A stretch of DNA of 64,000 nt from Candidatus Babeliales bacterium (GTDB taxonomy: Bacteria > Babelota > Babeliae > Babelales > JBFXEV01), in NCBI GenBank assembly GCA_050179755.1, contig JBFXEV010000001.1, forward strand, positions 1,033,994-1,097,993. The letters are read 5' to 3'. The notes under the pieces are model-generated. The model worked only from the letters and a program-made list of their open reading frames with translations. It was not told the DNA's origin and searched no databases. This document shows, one piece after another, positions 29,657 through 39,171 of this stretch. Within the stretch, counting starts at the first letter, position 1; the number at the start of each line of letters is the position of its first letter. The translations under genes were made by a program, and so were the position numbers.

Positions 29657-30088
29657 ATGTTAGCAAAAACCGTAGCAAAAATTCTTATTTTTTATCTTAA
29701 AGATGAAAAGCCGCTCCTTTTGGTTCTTACGCGTTCTGCAAGTTCCTCTGCACCAGGTCTTGGTGATTTGCCTGGTGGTAAAATTGAAGATCATGAATCG
29801 ATAGAAGAGGGTGCAAAAAGGGAAGTGATTGAGGAAACAGGCCTATGTTTGCAGGAACTGCACTCTATTTGTTCTTACACTATGCCGCATCCTTCTGGCA
29901 TTGATAAAATTGAACATTTATTTTGTGCCATTAGTGATATAAAAGATATCAGGCTTAATCCAGATGAGCATAGTGAGTATGATTGGATTACGCTTGATTA
30001 CTTATCAGCAAGCAAAATACATCCGGTAACACTTGGTGCAATTAAAGATCAGATCTCATCTATTGAGGACATGTTGCTTAAAAATTAA
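29657..30088 (+). CDS. NUDIX hydrolase (paralog of 24864-25313)
   Basis: PGGKIEDHESIEEGAKREVIEETGL. Confidence 0.92.
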   Translation: MLAKTVAKILIFYLKDEKPLLLVLTRSASSSAPGLGDLPGGKIEDHESIEEGAKREVIEETGLCLQELHSICSYTMPHPSGIDKIEHLFCAISDIKDIRLNPDEHSEYDWITLDYLSASKIHPVTLGAIKDQISSIEDMLLKN

Positions 30089-30101
30089 CTGCTTCTGTGA
30101 A

Positions 30102-30827
30102 TCATTTTAGGTGATTTGCAAGTTCGGCAAATGCTTTTGGCGCTCGTTCATGCGTAATAAAGTTATAAATCTTGTGTGCACATTGCTCTGCTGTTAATTT
30201 GGAAGTATCAACGCGCAGGTCATAGTTGTTATCAAAGTGATCATGCACCGTTATATAATGGCTGCGCGCATGGCCTTCTACAAAGCTTCTACCGCGTGCT
30301 TTTTCACGCTCTTCTAATATTTCAATTGGGCAATCAACACCAATAAGGTATACGGTGGCGGCAGAGTGCCATGCTGCGTATAAATTGCTTATCCATGAAC
30401 GTTTATATGCAATGTAATCAACAATACAATTACTGCCTTGCTGTGCATAGGCTGCTATGGCATAATGCATGCCGTGCATTACTTTATCACCTTCGGGGCC
30501 CACGAGTAAAGTAAATAAGCGATTGCCTTGATCATCTTTCCCCACTTCGCCTTTCATAACAAGTTCGTGACTAATATCGTGGGGCAATTGTGGGCCAGTA
30601 ACAAATCGTAGGGGCAATACGCCTACAAAAAAAGAATCAAGCCCCATGCCTAAATAGGGTGTAGAAAAAAGTTTTTGTAATTCTTTTTGTATACTTGATT
30701 TGCCACTTGCTGATGCACCATTTAAAAGAATAATAATGGGTTTTGGTTGTTCAAGTTTGTTGCAGAGCACAAGCAGTGTTGTGAGAGCGCAGATGCTTAA
30801 AGCAATACTAATACTATATTTTTTCAT
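30102..30827 (-). CDS. Chloramphenicol phosphotransferase-like kinase with N-terminal signal/anchor
   Basis: ILLNGASASGKSSI, GVDCPIEILEEREKARG, YDLRVDTS. Confidence 0.85.
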   Translation of the reverse strand: MKKYSISIALSICALTTLLVLCNKLEQPKPIIILLNGASASGKSSIQKELQKLFSTPYLGMGLDSFFVGVLPLRFVTGPQLPHDISHELVMKGEVGKDDQGNRLFTLLVGPEGDKVMHGMHYAIAAYAQQGSNCIVDYIAYKRSWISNLYAAWHSAATVYLIGVDCPIEILEEREKARGRSFVEGHARSHYITVHDHFDNNYDLRVDTSKLTAEQCAHKIYNFITHERAPKAFAELANHLK

Positions 30828-30981
30828 ACTAAATAGTTGATCATTGGGTGAAATGTGGCTACCTTCTAATAATGTAACTTAGCATGTGGGAAACTGCAAA
30901 TGTGATAATAAGTTACCAATCGAATATTGGTGAGTGCGCACAGGTGATTGTTACAAAAGGCCACAATGAATTCTTTTAAAA

Positions 30982-31033
30982 TCCAGCCTACGCTGAGGTC
31001 CGCTCATGCTGAGCTTGTCGAAGGAAGGCGGAC
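30982..31033. repeat. Composite palindrome: family B element nested in a family A element
   Basis: 30999-31025 tccgctcatgctgagcttgtcgaagga matches the reverse complement of 60793-60819 at 26/27; flanked by cagcctacgctgagg and ggcggac. Confidence 0.75.
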
Positions 31034-31050
31034 TAGAGAGTGTCACTAAT

Positions 31051-31812
31051 ATGTGTACGCAACAATTTTTATTAACATGTCTTCTTTTTTTAAATGAAGG
31101 TACGGGGTTTAACGTTAACCAGATAACAGAAAATTGCCGTTTGTTTAATAGTGGTAGTGCTGTAGAAACATGCAATAGAGTGTTGCATAATGGCATACCC
31201 ACGTCTGCTGAAATATCGCTTATTAAAGAACAGTTTGGTAAATTGCCTTTTACGTGGGCAACTAATCCTGCGGATAAAAAGACGCATGCATTATTAGCAG
31301 CGCATGGCTTTACTTTGATTAATACGTTCCCCGCTATGTCAGTTTCTCTTACTGATTTTACGTGCTCTCCTTGTGATAATGATATTAGCATCCAAGAACT
31401 TACGCTTGCAGATCCAGAATTAATTGAATGGGCTTCAATCTTGGTGAGTTCCTTCTCTAATTTTGGGCATACCAAGCACGTGCTAAAAATGTTGCACACA
31501 TTCCAAGAACAATTAGGTTCAAAGACTTATACTATTTTTCTTGCTCGCTATAATGGTGAGCCTGCAGCAGCGGGGCTTGTAGTAATTCATGGGGAGATTG
31601 CGAGCTTGCATAAAATTGGCACGCGGCCAGAATTTCGCCATAAAGGATTGGGGTATGCAGTAACGCAAGCGCTCTTGGTACATGCAAAGAATAGAGGGTG
31701 TAAACAAGCTTTATTGATAGCATCTCCGCTTGGTAGGCCAGTATATGAACGGTTAGGGTTTAGAGAATATGCAACATATACGTTTTATCGCTATGGTAAA
31801 TTGCCTGAGTAG
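31051..31812 (+). CDS. GNAT N-acetyltransferase
   Basis: IGTRPEFRHKGLG, VYERLGF; ATG 31006 lies inside the repeat so 31051 is preferred. Confidence 0.88.
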   Translation: MCTQQFLLTCLLFLNEGTGFNVNQITENCRLFNSGSAVETCNRVLHNGIPTSAEISLIKEQFGKLPFTWATNPADKKTHALLAAHGFTLINTFPAMSVSLTDFTCSPCDNDISIQELTLADPELIEWASILVSSFSNFGHTKHVLKMLHTFQEQLGSKTYTIFLARYNGEPAAAGLVVIHGEIASLHKIGTRPEFRHKGLGYAVTQALLVHAKNRGCKQALLIASPLGRPVYERLGFREYATYTFYRYGKLPE

Positions 31813-31875
31813 GCACACTGTTGTAGTATTCTTGCTTTCGGAACAGTTTTTTTTTACGGAAAATGAAGGAGTTTT

Positions 31876-33060
31876 ATGATTGAATATATGGTTCGTCAAG
31901 TAATATTAGTAATAATAGTAGCGAGTCTTTTTGCAAATGTAACAGCTCAGACGTTGCTGCATTTATTTGAAGCGTTTCCTCAATTAAAAGCACAGATCCC
32001 GCACATTACGTTATGTGATTTGCCAACACCGGTTATGCAGCTTGAGAGCTTTGGTAACTACATTGGGCATGAAAATATCTATATTAAACGCGATGATCTT
32101 TCAGGCACTTATAAGGGAAATGGATTTCGGCTCAATGGTGGTAATAAACCGCGTAAATTAGAATTTCTGCTTGCTGATGCCATTGCTCATGATGCAGAAA
32201 CTATTATTACTTATGGTTGTGCGGGCTCTAATCATGCTTTGGCAACGGCAGTATATGCAAAAACATTGGGATTAAATTCCATATTGATGCTTAAGCCACA
32301 ACCAAATTCATACACTGTTCGGCATAATTTGTTATTGGATTTGGCACAAGATGCAGATATTCGTTGGTTTGCAAATAATACAACGCGCGCGGATGCTGCG
32401 CAAGAACTATTGTTTGAAGATCCGCATGCATATTTAATTCCGACCGGCGGTTCAAATGCAATTGGCGGGTTAGGGTTTGTAAATGCGGCGTTTGAGCTAT
32501 ATGAACAAGTTAAGCAAAATGAAGTGCCAATGCCAGACTATATATATCTTGCAACAAGTAGCTGCGCAACCACCGCAGGGCTGCTTTTAGGATTTAAATT
32601 ACTTGATATGCCTACCAAGGTGATGGCAATATGCATTGAACCAGAAGATTATCCAGGTCAGTTATTGCACACGCTTGAACAACTTTTTAAAGCGGTAAAT
32701 CAAAAGTTACACGAGGCCGATGCATCAATTCCAGTGGTTGATTTTCCTCATGATCACCTGATTATTAATAAAAAATTCTGTGGCACTACGTATGGCTTAT
32801 TTATTCCGGAGGGTCAAAACGCGGCGCAAGTTTTTAAAGATACAGAAAACATTCGCCTTGACGGTACGTATAGTGCAAAGCCTGTTGCAGCTATTATTGA
32901 TGATGTACAAGCTGGCTTGCTCCAAGACAAAGTGGTATTATTTTGGAATACGTATTGCGGTATTGATTATTCTTATATGACGCATATGGCGCAGTTTCAT
33001 GCATTGCCGCACGAGTTTCATTGCTATTTTGAAGAACCGGTGCAGCCATTTGCAAATTAA
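31876..33060 (+). CDS. D-cysteine desulfhydrase/ACC deaminase family PLP enzyme with signal peptide
   Basis: LPTPV, YIKRDD, GGNKPRKLEFLLADA, GSNHALATA, IPTGGSN, LDGTYSAK. Confidence 0.9.
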   Translation: MIEYMVRQVILVIIVASLFANVTAQTLLHLFEAFPQLKAQIPHITLCDLPTPVMQLESFGNYIGHENIYIKRDDLSGTYKGNGFRLNGGNKPRKLEFLLADAIAHDAETIITYGCAGSNHALATAVYAKTLGLNSILMLKPQPNSYTVRHNLLLDLAQDADIRWFANNTTRADAAQELLFEDPHAYLIPTGGSNAIGGLGFVNAAFELYEQVKQNEVPMPDYIYLATSSCATTAGLLLGFKLLDMPTKVMAICIEPEDYPGQLLHTLEQLFKAVNQKLHEADASIPVVDFPHDHLIINKKFCGTTYGLFIPEGQNAAQVFKDTENIRLDGTYSAKPVAAIIDDVQAGLLQDKVVLFWNTYCGIDYSYMTHMAQFHALPHEFHCYFEEPVQPFAN

Positions 33061-33156
33061 GACATTTGCTTTTTGACCATTTGCGCGCGATTTTACTCTG
33101 GAGTACTCTAACAGTAAAGAAGTAGTAAGATTAACCTTTAAAACTAAGGTGCGTCA

Positions 33157-33654
33157 ATGAAAAAGCACGTCTTTTATAATTCTATTTTTCTCTTATGTGC
33201 ACTATGTATGTATGCTCATGATAGTATGTGCATGCGTAAAGTTAGCGCACAAGCAAGTGCATTGCAACGTTTACTAATGCCAAACGTTTTGCAGCGCGCG
33301 TATTCACTGCCCACCGTGCCCAAAGAAGTTGCTCCTCACATTATAGCTCTTGATGAGCAGATTAAGCAGCGTGAACAAGCGGTGAAAGCAATTAAGCGAA
33401 CCAATTGGAAGGTGCGATTACAAGATATAGAATATATAAGTTACCTTCCTCTGCTCGTTGAATCTTGTTTTATTCTAAAATACGGGATTAAAGCAATGCT
33501 GCATCCTATAGGAATGACGGCACTGGCTGCAAGCTTGTTTGTTATGGCAGTAACGCCATTGACTCCTTATGATAAGCGTTTGATTGTACAACATAAAGCA
33601 GCAATTTCTGTATTGCAAGAAGAAAAAGTAGGGCTTTTCAAAAAACATACCTAG
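33157..33654 (+). CDS. Hypothetical exported protein
   Basis: Signal peptide, basic presequence-like segment, coiled coil, hydrophobic segments. Confidence 0.7.
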   Translation: MKKHVFYNSIFLLCALCMYAHDSMCMRKVSAQASALQRLLMPNVLQRAYSLPTVPKEVAPHIIALDEQIKQREQAVKAIKRTNWKVRLQDIEYISYLPLLVESCFILKYGIKAMLHPIGMTALAASLFVMAVTPLTPYDKRLIVQHKAAISVLQEEKVGLFKKHT

Positions 33655-33724
33655 CTAAATTAATTTGCCGTGCTAAAATTTGGTGATTGATTAACGTGAA
33701 CTTACTACTAACAAAAGGTGTTTT

Positions 33725-34399
33725 ATGATATCATTGCAAAAACAAGCGCGTTATACAAGTATTTGGGTAGTGCTTATAAGTGGCACTTTGTATGCGCAAC
33801 AAACTACTGAAATTAATCCTGTTACGTTAGAATATAAATACATGAAATTAACACCAAAATCATTTTATTTTATTCGGCATGGGCAAACTGATTGGAACAA
33901 AATCCATCGTTTGCAAGGCCAAATTGATATTCCGTTAAACGAAGAAGGCCGCAGCCAAGCGCGCCAGCTGCAGCAACTTTTGCATAATCTGGATATTTGC
34001 CATGTTTATTATAGCCCATTATCCCGTGCGCAAGAGACCATGCACATTGCGTGCGCGCATTTAGATATTCCTAAATTTGAGGTTGATGCGCTCAAAGAAC
34101 GGCATTTTGGTGAATGGCAAGGCACAGAGTGGGATGAAGTTAAAAAGGATACGCATATGCATGTAGTGCCACAAAATGGTGAATCATATGCAGCATTTCA
34201 TGAACGCGTGCTTACCACCATAAATGGGGTGCTAGAAGCTTCAGAAGGCACCGTGCTTTTTGTGGCGCATGCAGGAACATTTAGAGCCTTGTGTAGAGTT
34301 ATTGATACGCATTTTGAGGCAGCAGTGCATAATTGCCAGTTATTTCATTTTGTGGCACCAGATGCAACATGTGATCAATGGATGATTTATCAAATATAA
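33725..34399 (+). CDS. Histidine phosphatase family protein
   Basis: RHGQTDWN, ERHFGEWQG, VAHAG. Confidence 0.92.
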   Translation: MISLQKQARYTSIWVVLISGTLYAQQTTEINPVTLEYKYMKLTPKSFYFIRHGQTDWNKIHRLQGQIDIPLNEEGRSQARQLQQLLHNLDICHVYYSPLSRAQETMHIACAHLDIPKFEVDALKERHFGEWQGTEWDEVKKDTHMHVVPQNGESYAAFHERVLTTINGVLEASEGTVLFVAHAGTFRALCRVIDTHFEAAVHNCQLFHFVAPDATCDQWMIYQI

Positions 34400-34414
34400 A
34401 CTTTAGGATAATTA

Positions 34415-35026
34415 GTGAAAAGATATATTTTTTTAGGCAGCATTTTATTGTTTCAAACAATGTTTCTGCATGGTGAGAGCTGCCTGGATCAGGGGTCTAG
34501 TACTTTTGAAAGAGAAGCATCATGTGGCAAATTTATTGATGAGAAAGTAACTATGGTGGAACGGAATCTAGAAGAATTAGTGGGTGATTGGCAAACATTT
34601 TTTCAAACACATGACTGGCGCTCATTGGTTGCTGGAAGAACCGGGCTAAATCTAGGATGTGGGCTTGTATATGAATTGCCAAACTTTTTGAAGTATCCAA
34701 ATGAAGATCTGGCCATTGTTGATATGACCGGTATTTCTATTTCGGAACCACATTATCATCCTAACATGACAGAAATTTACTTTATGGTAGAAGGGTCAGG
34801 ATGTGTCTATGTTGAAGGGGAAAAATATTGGCTGCAGCAAGGTGATACACTGGTAATTGCACCAAATAAAGCGCATTTTACCGTTCCTGATAAACAATGT
34901 GTGCTTGGCTGTGTGTGCACGCCGCCGTTTCACCCAGATAATTATATTCCGCTTATGCAAACCAATTCAGAAGTAGGCTTTGATTTTGAACAGTTTAAAA
35001 ATTTGCAAGAAAATTGCCGCACATGA
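34415..35026 (+). CDS. Cupin-domain protein, exported
   Basis: PHYHPNMTEIYFMVEGSG, GDTLVIAPNKAH. Confidence 0.88.
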   Translation: MKRYIFLGSILLFQTMFLHGESCLDQGSSTFEREASCGKFIDEKVTMVERNLEELVGDWQTFFQTHDWRSLVAGRTGLNLGCGLVYELPNFLKYPNEDLAIVDMTGISISEPHYHPNMTEIYFMVEGSGCVYVEGEKYWLQQGDTLVIAPNKAHFTVPDKQCVLGCVCTPPFHPDNYIPLMQTNSEVGFDFEQFKNLQENCRT

Positions 35027-35580
35027 AATTAGTTCCTAAATCTTTTTATTTCATTCGCCATGGTCAAACTGATTGGAATGAAGAACAGCGTTTGCAAGGT
35101 CAGACAGATATTCCTTTAAACTTTATGGGGAAACAGCAAGCAGAAACATTGCAGGCATTGGTTGCTACTATTCCTGTTTCTCATGTGTATTATAGCCCGC
35201 TTTCGCGTGCACAAGAAACTATGCATATTGCCTGCAAACATTTGCATGTGCCTAAGGTGGTGTTAGAAGGGCTTAAGGAACGGCATTGTGGCGAGTGGGA
35301 AGGGGTAATACTAGATAAGGCAAAAAAAGAAACATTATTTTTCCATCATGTTCCAGTAAAAGGTGAATCATATCAAGTTTATCATGATCGGGTGATTGGT
35401 GCTATAAATGCCGTGCTTAATGAAGCAGAAGGCCTTGTATTATTTGTAGGGCATGGTGGCAATTTTAGAGTATTATGTAAGGCAATTGAGACCAGCTTTG
35501 CTTTAGCAGGCAATTGTCAGCTTTTTTATTTTGAAGCACCAGATGATGCAAATGATCAGTGGCGAATTTATGTGTTATGA
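35023..35580 (+). CDS. Histidine phosphatase family protein (third paralog, no signal peptide)
   Basis: RHGQTDWN, VGHGG. Confidence 0.92.
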   Translation: MKLVPKSFYFIRHGQTDWNEEQRLQGQTDIPLNFMGKQQAETLQALVATIPVSHVYYSPLSRAQETMHIACKHLHVPKVVLEGLKERHCGEWEGVILDKAKKETLFFHHVPVKGESYQVYHDRVIGAINAVLNEAEGLVLFVGHGGNFRVLCKAIETSFALAGNCQLFYFEAPDDANDQWRIYVL

Positions 35581-35634
35581 CACATTGAAACGCTTGAAGA
35601 TTATGCAAAGGATCGGCATTGTTGTTTGCACGCT

Positions 35635-36102
35635 TCAGTCAATGATAGTTCCACCGTCTTTTGGTGAAGATAGCACTATATGTGTCAATGACCTCACTAT
35701 CCCCAGTTTGCTTTTAAGTGAATCAGTAATAAATGATTCAAGTTCGTGAGTGTTCTTTACGCGGACTTTAAGAACATACGAGTATTCACCGGTGATATGA
35801 TGGCATTCCATAATAGAAGGATTTTTTATTATTTCTTTTAAAAAAAATTTATTATGTTGTGGCGTGTCTATAAGTACATAAATAAAGGCACACAGTGATT
35901 TTTCAATAGCAGTAGCTTGTACAAAGGCTGCTATTTTTTTTATAATTCCCTGCGTATGCAGTTTGCGGATCCGCTCATGCGTTGCAGACGGGGAGAGGTT
36001 TATTTTCTGGGCAACTTCACTGTTGGTGAGACTTGCGTCTTCTTGCATTGTTTCTAAAATCTTCTTGTCTATCTCGTCTATGGGCGTATTTTCTATTGAC
36101 AT
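35635..36102 (-). CDS. Lrp/AsnC transcriptional regulator
   Basis: IDEIDKKILETMQEDASLTNSEVAQKINLSPSATHERIRKL HTH, ECHHITGEYSY; start at MSIEN. Confidence 0.93.
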   Translation of the reverse strand: MSIENTPIDEIDKKILETMQEDASLTNSEVAQKINLSPSATHERIRKLHTQGIIKKIAAFVQATAIEKSLCAFIYVLIDTPQHNKFFLKEIIKNPSIMECHHITGEYSYVLKVRVKNTHELESFITDSLKSKLGIVRSLTHIVLSSPKDGGTIID

Positions 36103-36196
36103 TTTTTTATTTCTCCGTATAATATTCTGTATACTATGTGTTCCGTAGTAAATTATACTAAAATTAGCAGGTTTTGTCAACTTATGGAGGTTATTT

Positions 36197-36802
36197 ATGA
36201 GTTTAGTTACAGAAGGCATTGCTGTAGGCTTTTCTATTGCAGCTCCAGTGGGTGCTATTGGTTTGCTCTGTATAGAACATACCATAAATGGAGGGATTAG
36301 GCGCGGAATTGCTGCTGGATTAGGTGCTGCTACTGCTGACATGTTGTATGGTGTTTTGGTTGCACTTGGTTTTACCGCATTGCAAACAACGCTGCTTGAA
36401 TATAAAGCGCCCTTAACTGTTATGGGTGGCTTATTTTTATGCTACCTTGGGATTAAGAAATTTTTCTCATCGCCAAAAAAGGCGGTGGCGCGTCCATTGA
36501 GTGGAGGGCTACTGGCAGCATTTGTGGTTACTTTTTTCTTAACGCTTACTAATCCTGCAACAATATTAGATTTTATGGCTCTTTTTACTGGTCTTAATAT
36601 AAATATGTCTGGATTTATGGAATCTCTTAGTTTTGTTGCCGGTGTCTTTTTAGGATCCGCATTATGGTGGTGTATATTGTGTTTCGTTGTTAATGCGTTT
36701 AGAGTAAAAATTACTACACAAATTCTTAAGTATATTAATTATGTTGCTGGAATAGTAATTTTTGGTTTTGGCGTGTATGCCTTAAGTAAGTTATGGAATT
36801 AA
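36197..36802 (+). CDS. LysE-family amino-acid exporter
   Basis: GFSIAAPVGAIG, GAATAD, LTLTNP, GSALWW; divergent from Lrp. Confidence 0.93.
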   Translation: MSLVTEGIAVGFSIAAPVGAIGLLCIEHTINGGIRRGIAAGLGAATADMLYGVLVALGFTALQTTLLEYKAPLTVMGGLFLCYLGIKKFFSSPKKAVARPLSGGLLAAFVVTFFLTLTNPATILDFMALFTGLNINMSGFMESLSFVAGVFLGSALWWCILCFVVNAFRVKITTQILKYINYVAGIVIFGFGVYALSKLWN

Positions 36803-37404
36803 ATATGATAAAATATATAATGGGATACGTAAACGTTTTTATTTTGGTAGTAACTATAAATTTATTTGCGCAACCGCACATGCAGTATGTGATTAGAAAT
36901 GTTGACTATTCAGATAAAGAAAATTTAATGGCTCTTTACAAACGGGTGACTGCTTTGCCTGGTGGATTGATTCGCACGCCGTCAGAAGTTACTGACGGGT
37001 ACATTGATGATCTTCTTAAGAATGGCATTAATCAAGGATTATGTTTAGTTGTTGATTGCAACGGTCTATTAATTGGTGCCATGACTAAATATAAGTTGGG
37101 TCCTCAAAATTTTGCACATGTGTTTTCCGGAGGAAGCATATTAGTGGATCCTGCGTATCAAGGAATAGGCGTGGGCACTCATTTGATCACTACATTTTTA
37201 GAACAGATTAAAGAGCAGTACCATGATATTTTACGCGTTGAAATTGTGGTGCGTGAGTCTAATCCTGCAATTTCTTTATACAAACGTCTTGGCTTTATAG
37301 AAGAGGGCAGATTAGAAAAACGATCACATACAAAAACAGGTAGTTTGGAAGCTGATATACAAATGGTTTGGTTTAATCCCAATTATAAACATAACAACGA
37401 GTAA
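36793..37404 (+). CDS. GNAT N-acetyltransferase
   Basis: VDPAYQGIGVG, NPAISLYKRLGFIEEG. Confidence 0.9.
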   Translation: MELNMIKYIMGYVNVFILVVTINLFAQPHMQYVIRNVDYSDKENLMALYKRVTALPGGLIRTPSEVTDGYIDDLLKNGINQGLCLVVDCNGLLIGAMTKYKLGPQNFAHVFSGGSILVDPAYQGIGVGTHLITTFLEQIKEQYHDILRVEIVVRESNPAISLYKRLGFIEEGRLEKRSHTKTGSLEADIQMVWFNPNYKHNNE

Positions 37405-37408
37405 AAAC

Positions 37409-37786
37409 ATGAAAAGAATTACCTTTTTTGCGCTCAGCATTATGATTTTTAAAACTATGCACGTGTGCGGTATGGATCGAGAATCTATTACCAAAGTCAC
37501 ACCCCAAGAAATTAGTACGTTGCTTGAAAAAAAAGCATACGACTATCAAAGAGCAATGTTTGCATCGTATACTGCTAGTGGCAAATTTCTTGATGGGCAT
37601 ATAAACCCAATAGAAGTGGATTATGACATTCTTCTGAAAGAGCAAGTTATTCCGCTATTGATAGCACAAAGAATACAAGGTGCAAAAGCGCAGGGAATAG
37701 CAATAGAAGAAACTGAAATTAGTAATGGAGTTACTGCGCAGGTTCATGCACTATGGAATGCACGCAAAAAAACACGTAAACAATGA
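37409..37786 (+). CDS. Hypothetical exported protein
   Basis: Signal peptide ending VCG-M. Confidence 0.7.
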   Translation: MKRITFFALSIMIFKTMHVCGMDRESITKVTPQEISTLLEKKAYDYQRAMFASYTASGKFLDGHINPIEVDYDILLKEQVIPLLIAQRIQGAKAQGIAIEETEISNGVTAQVHALWNARKKTRKQ

Positions 37787-37801
37787 TACTTTAAGGGGTG
37801 T

Positions 37802-38773
37802 ATGAAAATAAAACCCATAATCATAAGTTTGCTAGTACTTGCTTGTTTTTCTCTGTATGCATCACAAGATGCGTATACAATAATCAAGCGACTGCCCAAA
37901 GCAGAATTGCATATACATTTAGGTGGTGCGTATCCTCTTAGTTATTTACGCACAATTGCAACGCCAGAGCAATTTGCAGCACTTCAAATGGGTCTAGATA
38001 AAGTAGCAGATAAAGTTGAGTATCAAAATATATTTTCTGCATTTGGTCTTGTCAGCCAAATTGTTAATTCTGAACAAAAGGTTGAAGATGGCACGTATGC
38101 TCTATGCAAAGAATTGCAAGCTGATAGCGTGGAATACGTAGAAATTCGTACGGGCCTTAAAAATATGGGTAATGGATATCAAAGTTATTTAGAGGCCGTA
38201 CTGCGTGGTATAGAACGTGCAATGTGTGCAAACTTTAGAGCATGCGTTATTTTAAGTTTGCAACGCAATGCGACTATGGCATATGCACAAGCCACGATTG
38301 ATCTTGCACGCGCGTATAAAGATCGCGGCATTGTGGGTATAGATATTTCTGGCGATTCAGCCATTGGTGATATAAGGCCAATTTTGCCAATAGTGCTTCA
38401 AGCCAAAACTGCAGGTCTTAAAATTCTCGTGCATATTGGTGAATCCCAATTTGAAACTGACCAAATGCTGTTGCTGGAGACATTGCAGCCAGATAGAGTT
38501 GGCCATGCAGTGCATTTGTGTGATGAGGCATATCAATGGATTATTGCCCACAAAATTCCAGTAGAAGTTTGCTTAACAAGCGCTGAATTGACCATGATGA
38601 TCGACCATCATACTATGCATCCTTGGATTGCATATTATCGCAAAGGTCATCCAATTATTATTGGTACTGATGATCCATTACTATTCAGAACTAATTTAAC
38701 TAATGAATATATGCTGCTTTATGATGCAGGGTTGCTTACACTTGAAGAAATAGCAAATCTTACGCACAATTAA
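37802..38773 (+). CDS. add: Adenosine deaminase family protein with signal peptide
   Basis: LPKAELHIHLGG, HIGE, RVGHAV, EVCLTS, GTDDP. Confidence 0.88.
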   Translation: MKIKPIIISLLVLACFSLYASQDAYTIIKRLPKAELHIHLGGAYPLSYLRTIATPEQFAALQMGLDKVADKVEYQNIFSAFGLVSQIVNSEQKVEDGTYALCKELQADSVEYVEIRTGLKNMGNGYQSYLEAVLRGIERAMCANFRACVILSLQRNATMAYAQATIDLARAYKDRGIVGIDISGDSAIGDIRPILPIVLQAKTAGLKILVHIGESQFETDQMLLLETLQPDRVGHAVHLCDEAYQWIIAHKIPVEVCLTSAELTMMIDHHTMHPWIAYYRKGHPIIIGTDDPLLFRTNLTNEYMLLYDAGLLTLEEIANLTHN

Positions 38774-38800
38774 TAATTTTAAAGATGCCAAGTCTATATT

Positions 38801-39151
38801 TTAAATATCTTTTCTATCTGCCTGTTCTTGTTGCTCTTGGTATTTTAATGCCAATAGCTTATAAAGTTTGTCTGGATCGCCGGTAAGATTTCGAGTGTTT
38901 GTAGACATGCTTGCCCTGCACAGCCCCAAATGATTACGAGTTACCTCTATAAACTCGTTTTGACTATTTCTAGCGTCATAACCTGGGTAGTGATGACCGT
39001 AAATCTGAGTAATTTTTGTTATCTTAAATTCTTTGAGCGCCGTTTCTATGCGTTGCGTTTCATCCATGGCATACAGCGTTGTATTTTGAAAGTGAACACA
39101 CATAATAACAAGAATTGCGTGAATAGAGAGATAACGTCTAACAATAAACAT
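38801..39151 (-). CDS. Hypothetical exported protein
   Basis: Signal peptide ending LYA-M. Confidence 0.7.
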   Translation of the reverse strand: MFIVRRYLSIHAILVIMCVHFQNTTLYAMDETQRIETALKEFKITKITQIYGHHYPGYDARNSQNEFIEVTRNHLGLCRASMSTNTRNLTGDPDKLYKLLALKYQEQQEQADRKDI

Positions 39152-39171
39152 GAATTCTGTTCTTTCTTTGT

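Noticed and set aside
5942..30827. Antibiotic-resistance island (two APH-like, CPT-like, MFS, ABC-2 genes)
   Set aside because: Family-level motifs only; genes are scattered with no mobile context and substrates cannot be assigned
30951..31499. 182-aa minus ORF (likewise 60002-60508, 11085-11471, 6822-7196)
   Set aside because: Antisense shadows of well-supported genes, with no motifs
36103..36342. N-terminal extension of the Lrp ORF
   Set aside because: Overlaps the divergent lysE gene; family homology begins at MSIEN (36102)
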